Assembly (NCBI GenBank): GCA_013265495.1
Contig: MU059052.1
Coordinates: 7,884,375 to 7,948,374 of the forward strand
Direction of reading: 5' to 3'
Length of the DNA: 64,000 nucleotides
DNA from: Vicugna vicugna
Taxonomy: Eukaryota
Positions 36,593 to 50,048 of this stretch are shown here, in pieces. The notes beneath the pieces were generated by a model that had not been told where the DNA came from, did not search any database, and saw only the letters and a list, made by a program, of their open reading frames with translations. The position numbers and the translations under genes are program-made. Every line of letters starts with the position of its first letter. Position 1 is the first letter of the stretch.

Positions 36593-37899
36593 AAAGGTAT
36601 AATGATGACTTCTGATTCCCTTATCCCCTGTTCAGAAGTAAGTACTTGAGAACAGAGAGGTTGGATTAGGAAAGAAGGGAGATATTTCTTTCCTGAGACC
36701 CAGGAAATTCAAAAGATTTTGACACATCAGTTGCTGGGGTATACTGAGGTAATGCACTTAGCATCCTTATTGGAAGAATCAGAGATACTAGAGTGACTAA
36801 TCATGAACTCATTCCCAGAATCTGCACATATCCAGTTCATCTCTAAGCAGAAGGATTTTGCTCTTAACCGTTGGATACAGTTTTAATTTTGAGAAATCAG
36901 TGGATTTTGATTATTCAATCCCATTAAGAAATACACATTGCTCAAGAGACTCTCTAGTCATATTTTTTTATATTAAAAGAACTTTTTTGGAATGAGGGGC
37001 TAGGGATTTTTCTTTAATCAATGCTAGCTGAAATTTCTGTGACTCTAAAGTCTTTAAGTATAGGTTTCTAAATCTGACTCTGAAGTATTTCAGCCCAATT
37101 TCACCAAAGGCAAGACTCATTCTTAAGGAATTTCCAACATGCAGTCTTTAAGCTCATCCAACTTCACCATGGTTACCAAAGAGACACCACAACTCAAGAT
37201 CAGTATTAAGCCTTTGTCTCAAGATGCCCTGGCATATCTGAACTTGTCTTCTGGCTGTTCACTTAATTCCTTGGGAAAGTTATGACTCCATCAATGTCTC
37301 CATAAAATAACACTTTACCACAAATTCTTACCAGATATGCCCTGCCCTCCTTGACCTCTCCTTATTTAACTGCTCAATGACAACTCTGATGATGGTACTG
37401 AATACTTACATATATGAAAAGGACCCACTGGGGTATATGGGTGTGTTTTGAGCCAACAACCTGAAACACATTCTTGTTTGATTAATAGATTTTATTCATA
37501 TATTTACTAAATGTTTAAATAGCTTTAGCTAATTAGTTTGTCTCTTCATGGGGGATAACATGTCACTGTAGCTTTTATTTAATCTGATAATTATTTTGAA
37601 ACACTCAAAACAAGATATCATTAACCTTTTATACTTGCTTTGAATGGCATTTTGTGCTGACATTTATGAAGGGTGCTATTGATTTTTCTTTAATAATACT
37701 TCTCCCCAGGATATCTTGACCTTCAGACAATAACAAAAACAACTTGTATCCAGTTATCTTTACTAGAGTAATCCATTATTGAATGCAGAGACATTCGAGT
37801 TGACATCCTTGTAAATAGTGACTGACTGTGAAGGCATTGTGGCATAGTTCAAAGGAGGGCTGGGGTTAGGAGTCTAGAGACCTTCTGGCTGAGTCCCAT

Positions 37900-38480
37900 T
37901 GATCCTCTCTTTCTTCCTCACAGTTACACTGAGTAGGACAGAGGACAACATTGTTGGATTTGAAGAGTTGAGGAAATAACAGGACAAAGACAGTGGATAT
38001 CTATGAATATGTGGAAGTCACCAAGAATAACAACAGGGAAACTGGCAGAGAGAAGTGTGAGACAGAAGCTAAAGTCAGCAAAAAAACATGAAAGAGTGTC
38101 CTGGAGTTTGATAGAAGATGGCAACTAAGAGTAGAAAGGCGTGGTAAAGTCTGAGGCCATGTACTAGATATACTTCAAAGAGCTGTGACTGAAGAAATAA
38201 AAAGGAATTCATAGAAGTAGCAATGGAAAATGAGGAAGATACCTACCCCATTGGCACTGTGGAATGCCCATATGGGAGAAAAAGTAGCTGGCCTCTTGCT
38301 TGAAAGACCTGGAGGGATAACCACGAATCAGTTGGAGCAAGGAGATGAAGCTGTTGAGAGTACAAGGGAGTCTGCAGTTTACAGAAGTTGAATTTCAGAG
38401 GGCACAGAGTAAAGTTAGGGAGTGTAGGAAGGCATAGAGTCAGATTAGGGGCTTTACAAAGAAGTATGGATATCAGGTTT
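37900..38480 (-). mobile_element. L2 LINE fragment
   Basis: Purine-rich antisense L2-like sequence: gagtaggacagagg...ggatttgaagagttgaggaaataacagg...atgtggaagtcaccaagaataacaacaggga...tatacttcaaagagctgtgactgaag. Confidence 0.5.
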
Positions 38481-38572
38481 CCAAATGAGGACAGAAAGAG
38501 AAAAAAAATCTAGATGCCTGGGGTAAACAGGACTGAGAAGCAAGGTTAGTTTGCTAGAGAAGGATGAGTAAT

Positions 38573-39045
38573 CAATTGGGAATGCTTTTGGCAGTAAGTA
38601 ACTAAAAACACAGCTAAGAGTGGCTTAAAGACAAGAGATAGGCTAGCCCAAATCTGACTCAGAACAAGCTCTTTTTAATCTCTATGCTCTGCTATCCTCT
38701 ATGTGTTGCATTCCATTCTCAGGTTTGTCCTTTCATTCAAGCACCACTCCTTCACATAACAGCATCCAAGACACAAAACAGAGATGGGGCAAAAGGTTAT
38801 TTTACTCTCTTAACAAGGAGAAAATTCCTTCCCAGGAGGCCCAGCAGACCTACATACCCTTCCATTTCATTCGTTAGAACTAGTTCACATGCTCATCCCC
38901 ATCAGAGGAGAAGGAAAACAATAGCTATGGGTTGACTTATCAGATCATAATTTATACTCTGAGAGCTGGGCACATGGCAACCCAGAACAGAATTAATGTT
39001 CTGCTGTAGGAAAAGAAGAAATGGCTGTTGAGTTGGTAAATGACA
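38573..39045 (-). mobile_element. Old ERVL-MaLR LTR (MLT1K/L-like)
   Basis: ttgggaatgcttttggcagtaagtaac..aaaacacagctaagagtggcttaaa...cttcccaggaggcccagcagacc...cattcgttagaactagttcacatgctcatcccc...aacagaattaatgttctg...ggaaaagaagaaatggctgttg. Confidence 0.55.
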
Positions 39046-39570
39046 AAGACTACTAAGGTAAATAATTGTTTAGAGTGTAAAGTCTTTAGCTAGAAGGTAT
39101 GGGATGGCCAGACAGCTCTTTAGTTCTGAAGTTTAGGGCTTCTGTTGGCTTATGAGATGAGACCACGGCATCAGTTAGGGTCATCTTTCTTAGGCAGGAT
39201 GCCACTTACATGGCCAGAGATGATGTAGAGTAAGAGACACTGTGAAGTCTTTGAAGTGACATTAATGGATTTTGCTTGGTTTGCTCCCCCCACCAACTCA
39301 TTCTATTTATTCAGTCCATGGGACATAGTTACTTCCTCTGTCAAGCGCTTTCTCTCTCTCTCTCAACCTATAACATTTCTTGGTGCCCCTGCCATGCTGA
39401 CTTATCCAGCCATCTGAAATACTCATTTGAATCTGCCTGTGCCTGTCCCTCCAATACCATAATCTAATCAACACTTTAGTTGATAACCTCATCTTTTTTC
39501 ACTAGGGATATTATAAGTTCCTATCAGCTCCTCCTGTTGATAGTCTCACCCTCTCATCCTCATTCTAACT

Positions 39571-39758
39571 CAGTGGTTCACAAATTTTAGTATGCAATAA
39601 AATCACCTGGAGGGCTTGTTAGACACAGATTACCAGATCCCACTCCCCAGAGTTTCTGAGTCAGTAGGTCTTGGGTGGGGCTCTGATTATTTGCATTCCT
39701 AACAAGGTCCCAGGTGATGCTAATGCTGATGTCTAGGTCCACACTTTAAGAAACATTG
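39571..39758. mobile_element. MER5A-like hAT-Charlie MITE
   Basis: cagtggttcacaaatttt...aatcacctggagggcttgttagacacagatt...cagagtttctgagtcagtaggtcttgggtggggc...tttgcattcctaacaaggtcccaggtgatgctaatgctg...cacactttaagaaacattg; imperfect TIRs. Confidence 0.88.
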
Positions 39759-40496
39759 TACTGATCCATTCTCTATTCTTCTGCCAGAATGCAATACAAA
39801 GGTGACATTTCTATTCTCCTACTTAAAAATCTAACAATGATCTGACCTCTTTTTCTAACCCTCTATACATGCACATTATTATCCAGCCACACCTAAATGC
39901 TTGCAGTTTCTTGAAGTTAGTATCTTCTTTCATTCCTCCATGACGTTGCAAAGGTAGCTATCTCTAAGAAGCTGACCCATGACACCCTTGAACCCCACCA
40001 AGTTTGTGACCCATGCTCTGTGCTTACAGAAGTCTTGACCTTTATTACTAGTTTACTTATATCATTGCCCTACATGAATGCAAAAACAATTTTATTCATG
40101 TTTGTTTCCCTAGAACCCAATAGAGTGCTTAACACATAATATGTGTCTCCAAAATGGTGAATAACAAAATGAATTAAGTGACATCTGAATAAGTCATGAA
40201 AATTAGGTAAGAAATTTACCCGTCTGGATGGAATTCATCTGGTCAAGTTTCTAACGAATGAAGCGGTAGAAGAAACATAGCTCAGTAACTGCAAGTAAAA
40301 TAAAAAATAAAATCAAAGTTTACTTAAAATTTTAAGAAGTATTGCTACAAGGATCAAAGTACATTACCCTCAGCAATACTTATTCCCTTTTCTCTCCTGC
40401 CTGTTTTCCTCAGACCTCCAGCTGCTCTTTCTACAAGTCCCCCAAACCTCAATCTTGCCCATCTTCTCTTCTCCTGAACTCGGCCATCTCCACTTC

Positions 40497-40680
40497 TCTT
40501 CATTGCTTCATTCATTCATTCACTCACTCACTCACTCACTCAGTCAATTAATATTTATTAAGCACCTACTATATGTCTGGAATGGTTGCAATTTACAAAG
40601 TGGTGAATTTGACAAACAAGATCCCTGCTGTCATGGTACTTTATGTTCTAGAGAGAATAGAATTAAAGAATTTTAACACA
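40497..40680 (-). mobile_element. L2 3' end
   Basis: (ttca)n/(ctca)n tail then aatatttattaagcacctactatatgtctgg...acaagatccctgctgtcatgg.actttatgttctag. Confidence 0.75.
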
Positions 40681-41789
40681 CAAAATGAAATGTGACCAAA
40701 TAGGGCAAATAAGATTCAACATCAGAAAATATACAAATAACAAGTGGAGGTCAAAGCCATTAAAAATATTAGATAATAAGGGCCTAAACATAATAGAGGT
40801 TCAAATTGTCCCACGATTCCAAGCATTGCCCTTTATCTTTACCTGTGAGAATTGGGATCCTCTTTGACAGTTTGAGTGAATTGAGGGAAGGCTGTGAACT
40901 CTCTCACATGAATCATTTACCCTACTGTCTAAGAAAATGCTATTAGATCTCAGTGCTAACAGAGCTTCACTCTCCAAAGGAAAGAATGCATTTCCTCATT
41001 TCTGAAATTGAGAGTGACATAAATAACTATATCTCCCTTTCATTTTTACTTTCAGGAAGATTTAAGCAAATTCTGACCCTCCACTAACATAGTAACTATG
41101 ACATAAATATTTCTGTTATTTTTCCAGACTGCATTATTGTATGAGTTCTCCTTTTGACCTTTTTCAAATTCTTTGTGGAACTAGATACAGTGTATTTTTG
41201 GTTAGCATTATTTTGGAGGCTTTTCCAAATAACCAGTAGGGTTACTTATCATAAGGGTAAAGGCAGGAAGTCATCAGCCTAAGGAAAAAACAGAAACTGT
41301 CTGGGCAACCATCTAATCTCTTCCCATCTTCCCATATTGTTCTCATTCAAGGTCCTCCCTGCATATCTGCTCCATTTTTCTTTTTGCTGTGGACGTGTTC
41401 TCTCTGGTCCTCAGTCCACATGGTTAGTGAAAGATGACTGACTGCCCTAACACTTCTGGGTTCATGTTTATAAATCCAGCCATAATGAGAGACCAGTGGA
41501 CTGTCTCTAGGTTCTGACTTCAAATTCACCCAAAAGAAAATCTGGCTGACCCCAATTGTTTCATACTGGATAAAACATTTTAACAATTTATGCTCAGGGG
41601 ACAGAGTCATGCAACCTAAATGAAACAGTTAAAAACCTCCCCAAATGAGGTTTGTGGGAGAAACTGGGAATAAGGGGGATGGGATCAGCAGTTTAGAGAG
41701 TCATTGTGAGCAGAAAGATGTTCTACAGAATGACAGTTATAATTGCAAATATGTAGATAGTTAGAATGATAGTGCAATGGATACTAGCT

Positions 41790-42091
41790 ACATAATCACC
41801 AAACTTATTTCCAGTGGGACTATATTTCCCAGAATCCATTACAGTTGTGTAGGGCTTTTTGATTGAGTTTTTTCCAATAAAACATGAACAAAAATATTAC
41901 AGTCTCCTTCTAGGGTTGGCCATTAAAACTCAAAATTCCCTAGAAGATGGTGGAACCAAGAGATAAAGGAGGCCCAATCCCCCACACTGCTGCACATTGG
42001 AACATGATGTGAGCAAGAAACAAGCTTTTATTGTTTTAAGTCACTGAGGTTAGGTTTGTTTGTCATAGGACTTAGCCTTTCTTAACTAGTA
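41790..42091 (+). mobile_element. ERVL-MaLR LTR fragment (MLT1J-like)
   Basis: actatatttcccagaatcc...gaagatggtggaaccaaga...acattggaacatgatgtgagcaagaaacaagcttttattgttttaagtcactgag...ttaactagtaca. Confidence 0.55.
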
Positions 42092-42959
42092 CAGATAAAT
42101 AAAGCAGACCATTTATTCATTCTACAAACAGCCCTTGACTAGGTCATGTGTTACATTGGGATGCTAGGGAACTGGGGGTGAACAAGGCAATTCTAAATTC
42201 TCCATGGTCTCAGGGAGGAGACAGACAAGTACACGGGAAATTAAAGAAGACCTGTCACCGAGAGAAGACAATGGACATGATCCCAGAGTGACCATGATAC
42301 TGAAATGTTTTCTCTGACAGTGGAAGTCATTTTCACTATATTCTTAAGTAAGTAAATGGATAAATAGAAATACTGCAAAAACAGTCTAAAAGATCTGTCA
42401 CAGTTGGGCAGAAGGACAGGGAGGAGTCAAGCACAAACCCGAAGACCCCGTCCTGCCAGTTGGAAGGATGATGGTTAACATCCACAGAAATGGGAAATCT
42501 GCTTATGGAGGAGCTGGGTTGAGAGAAAAATGATAAGCTTGCTTTGGAAGATGTTGAGGTGGAAGGGTATAGTTTGGAACTTCAAATCTGATGCTCAAGA
42601 AAAACCTCTGGCTGCAGATGTAGATAAAGAAGTCACTGGATAAAAGTTACATTAACAGCTCATGTTAACTTACAAAAAGGGACCCTAGTCTCCTTATGAA
42701 ATGTGACTATATGTCAAAAATACTTTTGAAATGCTTTTCATGTTACTCTATTTTTTTCTGGGGTAAAATTAAGACATGTTTAGTATATTTTCTCTTTTTT
42801 GAGGAAATAAAAATTATACTAACAGTTTTGTTACTTTCACAATAGACACTGAAAGTTCTGAACAACCACTTAACCTCTCTGTGTCTCAGTTTCTCATCTA
42901 TAAAATGGGAACATCATTCCCTATGTGGAAAATTGCATTTTTAAAAACAGCAATAATAA

Positions 42960-43426
42960 TAGTCCTGGTCCCATATTCTCTACCAGAACCTTGCCACTCA
43001 CGATCTGGAGTCTATCTTCCCTCCCCTTGAATCTGAGTAGGACTTGGCACTATCTGGGTGAATAGAATGTGGCTTGCATGCTTTCCTAGGCTAAGTCATA
43101 ACAGTGATATGACCTCTGAAGACTCTCTGTTTCAAGGGTTGTACCCAGTCATCATATTGTGAGGAAGCCCAAAAAAGCCCACTTAGTCCACACGGAGGGA
43201 AACTAAGACTCCCAGCCCAGTAGTAGCATCAATTACCAGAAATGTAAATGAATGATTTTTTAAATAATTCCAGTCCCCAGCCCTGAGTTTTCCAGCTGAA
43301 ATCCTGACATCAGCACTGAGTCCTGTCCAAATTCTGGAACCATAGACTACATGAATATAATTAATGGCTTTTTGACACCATAAGATTTTGGGGTAATTTA
43401 ATATGCAGCCAGGATATCTATAACAC
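42960..43426 (+). mobile_element. ERVL-MaLR LTR (MLT1F/G/H-like)
   Basis: tggagtctatcttcctccccttgaatctgagtaggacttgg...gaatagaatgtggc...atcatattgtgaggaagccc...ttccagtccccagccctgag.tttccagctga...cctgtccaaattctggaaccataga...gattttggggtaattt..tatgcagcc. Confidence 0.65.
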
Positions 43427-45149
43427 CTATTGAACAGAATTATTATATATATGTTTTGCAGGAATTCTTCTTTATGTATTTTTAAATGTACTTTATATGT
43501 ATTCTTCTTCTGTATGTATCATGAATATATATTATGATAATACATATATGCATATATATCTTACGCATAATAATACAGAAAGGAACATGTGAATTTGCAC
43601 CATACACTACAGAACGTTATTTATACAAATGTATTACTTAGGAAATTAACTTTCATCCTTTTATCCACCTTTCCTCTCCTTTTGCTTAAGAGTTTCTACA
43701 GATGTGCAGTCTTAATACATGTAAACCCATAAACTCCATCTGTAGAGTTTATAAACATCATAAATATTTATACTAATCTAGACTCGGAAAACCTGGTGAG
43801 CACTATTTCAAGACAGTACATTCCATGGTTAGGATCACGGGCCTGGAGCCAGTGGAAGGCTTATATTCCAATGAGGAGTCTTCATTTCTTGATCCCTATG
43901 CTGGACAAATGGAATCCTCAGCATTCCAGTTGCCAAGGTGAGAAAACATCTCCAGTGCTGCCGAAGATTCAGCAGGAAAGAAATGAGAATACCAGCTTTG
44001 TTTATTCTCCAAATTCTATGAAATAAAAGTCACTTACTTCAGGAAGATTGAGGGGGAAGTTTATTAATCATCCACAAGTTCCCAAGTCCTGTAGGTATAA
44101 GACTATATACAATATGGGCCTGGCCCTAAAGAAGTACACAATCTCATAAAGGAAACAGGTATTTAAACAAACTAGCAATCTATTAGATAGACAGAAGAGT
44201 TCAGATAAAATCTGTTGATTAGCCCAGAAGTTTGTCAAAACTTACAGTTTATCAAAGAATAACAGTGTGTGATACTACTTTATAATCAGTGATTTACTCA
44301 ATTTCTTAACAATTTTTTCCTCAAATTTAAGATGCATTACAGTGAGAATGTAAGAATGACTTGTAAGAGAGTATGTGAGTAATGATAGTCCTGTTTGACA
44401 AAGGCATATAGTAGATTATTTTTTTTTCCCACACACATTTTCTCTCTCTTCCCTTTTCCAAACTAAGCTTTGCTAATGGACTTGAAATAGGAAGGTGAAG
44501 GAACAGAGGGAAAAAGATGGAGGACAACATAGGACCATAGCAACATACAGGGCTTTCATTCTCAATTGATTTTCCATGACTCACTCTATTTTCCATCAAA
44601 TGGCACTGCAGTCAACATTTTCCAATATCAGGAAATACTCTTTGCAGTTTTGCAAAATCTGTGAAGTAACCGTAGGACACTATTGTGAAATCATCATCAT
44701 CATCACCATTTAATATTTATTAAGGATCCCTCCCTGCTCATTCCTATCTATGGCATCACAAAGCAGAGGAAGCAGGGCAGGCGAAGCCCTGACATAAAGG
44801 GTTTTATCCCGGAGGAAGGGTTCAGTATTCTCATCGAAGGCTAAGAATAATTCTTGCTTCTTCACTTATAAAATGAACATAGGAACTTCCATTACTTATC
44901 TCCAGCCCAAAAGTCTTTGGGGGATAATCACAGAGCCTTTTTCAGATAATTTAATATGGGTTTTACCAAAGGTAGAGTTAATAGCTTTAGAATGACCTTT
45001 CTTACTTGTGTGTGTTGGGGCAAGCATTATTAAGTGAGAGCAAATTTGGGTGGAACTTTTTTTTTAAAACAAAGTTCATTCTTAGTCACTGTCTCCTTTT
45101 AAAAATTGCCTTAACATTCTTTTGAACAACTGAACAGTGACTACACTGG

Positions 45150-45355
45150 TCTAAATGCATTATACATATACACTCACTTAATCGTCACAACATTTTCTTC
45201 ACTTACTTTAAAAAGTAGGTACTTTTATTACATCATTTAACAGATGAGGAAACTGAGGACAGCAGAATGAGGAAATCTGGCCCAAACCACAGAACTAGGA
45301 AGGGGAAGAACTGGATTTCAAACTCTGGCAATCTGGCCTCACAGTCTGACTTCTC
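45150..45355 (-). mobile_element. MIR SINE
   Basis: cttaatcgtcacaaca...agtaggtacttttattacatcatttaacagatgaggaaactgagg...aaatctggcccaaaccacagaactagg...ggatttcaaactctggcaatctggc. Confidence 0.75.
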
Positions 45356-48041
45356 ATTCACCTCACCATACTGCCATAGTGAGCACATGTCTCTTCCCTT
45401 TCATATGAACTCTGTCAGGACCACATGAAAAAATAGTTTTCTTTGGCTTGTTCACTCTTGTACACGGATTTCTCCCATGCACTTTTGCAACTCCCAAAAG
45501 CTTTAGCTCATCCTTTAAAGAAAGTTCTTGTCTCCTTAAGGAATTGCTCCACATCACATTCATTCTGGGTCATGCAGCCAGCAGCAGCCCCATGTCAGCC
45601 TGCTAAAGACAAAACCCTTTCTGTTTCTGTACCAAATTCCTCATATTTTGAGCTGAAAACAAGAACTGCCCTGCTGAGGTGCCAAGGGAAACATACGTAC
45701 GTTACGAACTGTTTCTAACAAATGTTTTGGAGATTTTAAAGGGACAGCTTTCTAAATATCCGAGACATTTGCAAACAACCCAGAAACAAAGGCCAGATTT
45801 GCAGCTCGAGCATTGCTTCTGGGTTGTATAATCTTCTTTCTGAAAACAGCTGCTGTGATCATTCCTGATTATCAATTGTACAGTGATAACAACAAATGTT
45901 TTCTAGGGTTGAAGTAATCAAAATAATCCAGGTCTTTGATTTTGAAATGTGTATTGTTAATATAATTTTGGCATTCTTTAACAGAATTCAAAGCGGAATC
46001 AAAGGTTTATGTTCATAAAGTTTATAATCATTCCACAAAGTTCAACATTTGGCAGTGCTAAGGAAACTTAAAAAGAGTAATAAAAGATCACCATGAGGAA
46101 TTCAAAGCTGCCTTGTATGGTAATGCCGATTCAAATCACCACATAGCTCAGCACTGTAAGTTTCGCTGTAACTTTAGGGATGGATCAGTGTGTAGCTGCA
46201 GAGATTGCTAAGTATAACACAGAGGCTTGTCTGTTAACAATGAATAAGGGACTACGGAAAATTTACAATCAATGCCTCAGTTTTGAAAAATATTGGAGAA
46301 AAGAGAGAGAGTAAAACAGAGAGAGAGAAAGACAGAGACAGAGAGAACCATTCAATTTTTGGCTTCATTTGCTAAGTATTTATTAGCCTCTTTGACTGTT
46401 CTTCAGCACCAGCAGCTCCACTTTGCCTTGTAATCGTAAACTGTACACTTTTGCCAACCTGGAATGCACACTGTGTTCCTGCCCAGCCCAAGTTCACTCT
46501 GAATCCAAGTGCTCTCAAACCCTGCTCTCCCAAGCTCTTGATTTGTTGGCAGCCAGTAAAAGGGGTTTCCTTATGAATCATAGTGTGTGGGGAGGCTGAG
46601 TGGTATACCCTACACTTGTGCCATAATCTGTATGGAATGCATTTGAAACAGAAGACAGAAATCTAGAGTTAAGTTCAACATCTGACTTCAAGCACAATCT
46701 AAAAAATTGGAGTGTAATACGGAAAAATCACTGTGTCTCTACTGCTGTGGAAAAGTTTACTCCCGTTAAGATTGTATCCAAAGGAACAGGAACTAAGTTG
46801 CACACTTCAGGACTCTGAGATCTCCGATTAGGAAGGAGTCCATCTCTTGACCCTTTTAGAGGACACAGCTTTATGTGCAGTTAATATACTTTTATTCTGT
46901 CCTGTGGTGAGCTAAAGTGGGAAAGCTTTGGTTACACAGTTGCCATGGACAAATGTTTTCATCAATTCTATGGAACAAATGTAAAGTCTAATGGATCACA
47001 TATTTAACTGCAAGACGAAGGCTAAAGAATATTACAAGATAGGTGTGTTTATAAAAGTCAGAAGAGATGTGAGAACAATGTTTCCCACCACCTGTCATCA
47101 CCTGTTTGTTACACTGAAGAAGATGGGTTTACTTATCAGCTTTATGCATGTACTTGGCAAAATGAATTATGAACAGCTATCAAGCTCGAAACTTCATTTC
47201 AAAGGAACGAGATACACTGTACTAACCAAATCTTTTTTTCTTATTAAACTGGCTAAATATTCAAATATTTTATATTAAAAAAATAGACTGGTGAAGGCAC
47301 TTTCAATGAACAGAAAAACTGGAAAATCTGTAACTATAAACTTAGAATTTGTCCTAAAAGCTAAATGTATCAAACACACATATTCTTCCAAACTGTAGAG
47401 AGTAAGTCATGTTTCAGAAATGTAGAATGCACAAATGTCACAAAGTTTTCTCTGGTTACTAGGCAATAAAATGATCACACCTTCTTAATTCACAAATCTT
47501 AGAAATAAGTCTGATACCTGCTGATTTTGATTAATATTTTAAAAAATGAGTCAAAAATTATTTTGCTCATATACCTTGTAACGTATATTTCCAAATACAG
47601 ATGGGTAGTGTGAGAAAAGGGGAATGAATAATAAATAATCTATTTTGGATACGTATAATTTTGGCTTGGTAGAAAAGTCCCTTCACTATCAGTCGTCTGA
47701 TATGGTCACTGGGCTTGGCTGTCAGCATTTTCATCAGTACACAGAAAATATCAAGGCTGTGTTCACTCATTTATTCAACAATCAATCTCTCAGGGCTTAC
47801 CAAATTCTGTGATGGTTACAAAGTATACAAGGAACCCATAAGCTCAAGAAGCTCACCATGTGGGGAGAGAGGCAGGCATGCCAACAAGTAATTAGCACAG
47901 AATGTGTTAAGCCCTCAATAGAGGGGATCATGAAGGGAGCAGAGAGGAGACTAGCAGGGCAGACTTTGGGGAGAAAGGCAATATTTGAACTGGGTCATTA
48001 ACAAGAGTGTAAGTGACCCAGGAGGAGAAGGGGTGGGAGGT

Positions 48042-48860
48042 TGTGACATTGTGATTTATAATAAGAAATACATATTTGATCTTTGTCCAGTTCTTAGCAC
48101 AGGGCTCCAAAAACCCTTGGAATTCTCTAAGTGATAACAGAGATAAAGAAGTCTATAGTTATTCACAACAAGCCCCTCTCGACCACATTTGAGTCTTTCA
48201 GGTGAACCAACCACGTGATTAGAGGGTTGGAACTCTCAGCTCCACTCCTTGACCTCTGGGGATTGCAGAGGGGCTGGAGATGAGATGAATCACCAATGGC
48301 CAATGATTTAGTCAATCATACCTAGGTAATTAAGCCTCTGTAAAAAAAGGATTGATTCTGATTGCTTCCAAGTTGGGGAACATGTGGAGATGCTAGGAGG
48401 GTGGTGTGCCCAGAGAGAACACCGAAGCTCCATATTCCTTTCCACATACCTTGCCCCATTCATCTCTTCCATCTGGCTATTCCTGAGTTCTATTCTTTTA
48501 TAATAAACCAGTTATCCAGTAATTAAACTCCTTTCCAAGTTCCATGAGCCTTCCTAGCAAATTAATTAACCCAAGGAGTAGGTTGTAGCCAGTGGTCAGG
48601 GCACAGATAACAACCTGGACTTGTGACTGACATCTGAATTGGAGGGGAGGCAGTCTTGGACTAGGCCTTTGAGTTGTGGGATCTGGTACTCTCTCCAGGT
48701 AGACAGTATTAGAATTGAATTAAATTGTAGGATACCCAACTGGTGTCACACAATTGTCTGGTGTGGGAAGAACTACTGCACATTTGGTGACAGAAATGCC
48801 AGAAGTGAAGTAGTGCCACGTGAGAGTGAGGAAACACACATCTGACCACTGAAATGTTCT
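48042..48860 (+). mobile_element. MER21-family LTR inserted into an L2 fragment
   Basis: tgtgacattgtgatttataataagaaatacatatttgatct...gctccaaaaacccttggaattctctaagtgata...gtgattagagggttggaactctcagc...atcaccaatggccaatgatttagtcaatcatacct...ttttataataaaccag...attagaattgaattaaattgtaggatacccaactggtgtc. Confidence 0.75.
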
Positions 48861-49119
48861 CTGTAAGCATGAAAAGGAACATTGGAATGTGTTTTTTTTT
48901 TCCTGTAAGACAGATGGAGCAGTAAAGGGCATTTCACATAGATGACATTGTTTGTGTAGTAACAAGACATGTGAGTACAGGGTGAGAAGAAATAATAGTA
49001 GTAGTTTGATTAATAAAAGAGAGGGAATATTGGTGGAGAGAGTGATAGACTTTGGGCTGGCAAAGAAGAGAGGCAAGGTGTGAGTTTCACTGGAAGGCTT
49101 GCTAAAGAGTATGGACTAC

Positions 49120-49378
49120 ACAGCAATATTTTCCCAAAGGTGTTTTAATTTCATAGACCACTTATTTCTTGAGTTATTTCTAATGAACTGAGTTAAACAA
49201 AAGGTTTCTTATTCAAATAAGTTTGAGAAAGGCTGGATTTCTTTTCTGCAGAAGTTCTCACAGTCTTCAGTATGCTAATCCATATGTCTGTACAAGACAG
49301 GGTAATCAAGATAGAATTTCCTACACTTTTTTGACCAAGGAATCCTCTTTTGCACAGGTTATTTTGAAGAACCAGTGC
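49120..49378. mobile_element. Probable hAT-Charlie DNA transposon fragment
   Basis: ttttcccaaaggtgtt...ggtttcttattcaaataagtttgagaaaggctgg...ttctcacagtcttcagtatgctaa...tttcctacacttttttgaccaaggaatcc. Confidence 0.4.
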
Positions 49379-49723
49379 TCTACATAGGGTAATTTGGAAA
49401 TGCTACTATAAGCAACTGGGTGGAAATGAAAGTCTTAATTGTTAAAAGCCAGGAAGATCCATGGCCAAATGTGTATTTCAGAAATGCAACTTTGGCAAGA
49501 TTAGGGCAGAAGGATTGGAAGCGAGACAGAGTTGGAAGATGAGTAGGGAAGCTAAGGCAAAAATCTAAGCAAAGGCCATGGGAATGGAGGAAAAAGTCTG
49601 AATTTGGATTCAAATATAGGCAAAGTGTAAGCAGTGACCACAGTCACTTCAAGAAGCTTCTTGAGGTGATGACAGAAGTGACAACAGTCACAGCAGCAGC
49701 ACAGAGGGCATTTGTCTCTGGAA

Positions 49724-50048
49724 TTGCCAGCGTATAAACAGTTTTGGTGGAATTCTCTTGTCCCAAGAAATCCTGCCTGAATGTAGTTGCAAAAAAAGGG
49801 GAATCACCCTTTGGAGATAAGTAAGCACCTCTGTAGCTTCTTGATGATACTAGGGATGGGCCCCTGGAGGAAGCTGGAACCCCTATTCATCTAGGCAGGT
49901 GGAATTAATTTTTACTTTGGCAAATTGATATGGCACATGGTGTGACCGAAGCTCTAAGGACAGTCATTGCTCCATTTTACAGACAGGAAAACAAGGCACA
50001 AAGAGATTCAACTCGTCCAAGATGACAGTTAATAAGTGACAAAGACAG
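49724..50048 (+). repeat. Left arm of long inverted repeat (325 bp)
   Basis: Reverse complement of 51169-51497; 49796-50012 is base-for-base identical to revcomp(51208-51424). Confidence 0.97.

Noticed and set aside
45695-45706. ACGTACGT palindrome with three CpGs in 12 bp
   Set aside because: Too short to interpret; not a CpG island.
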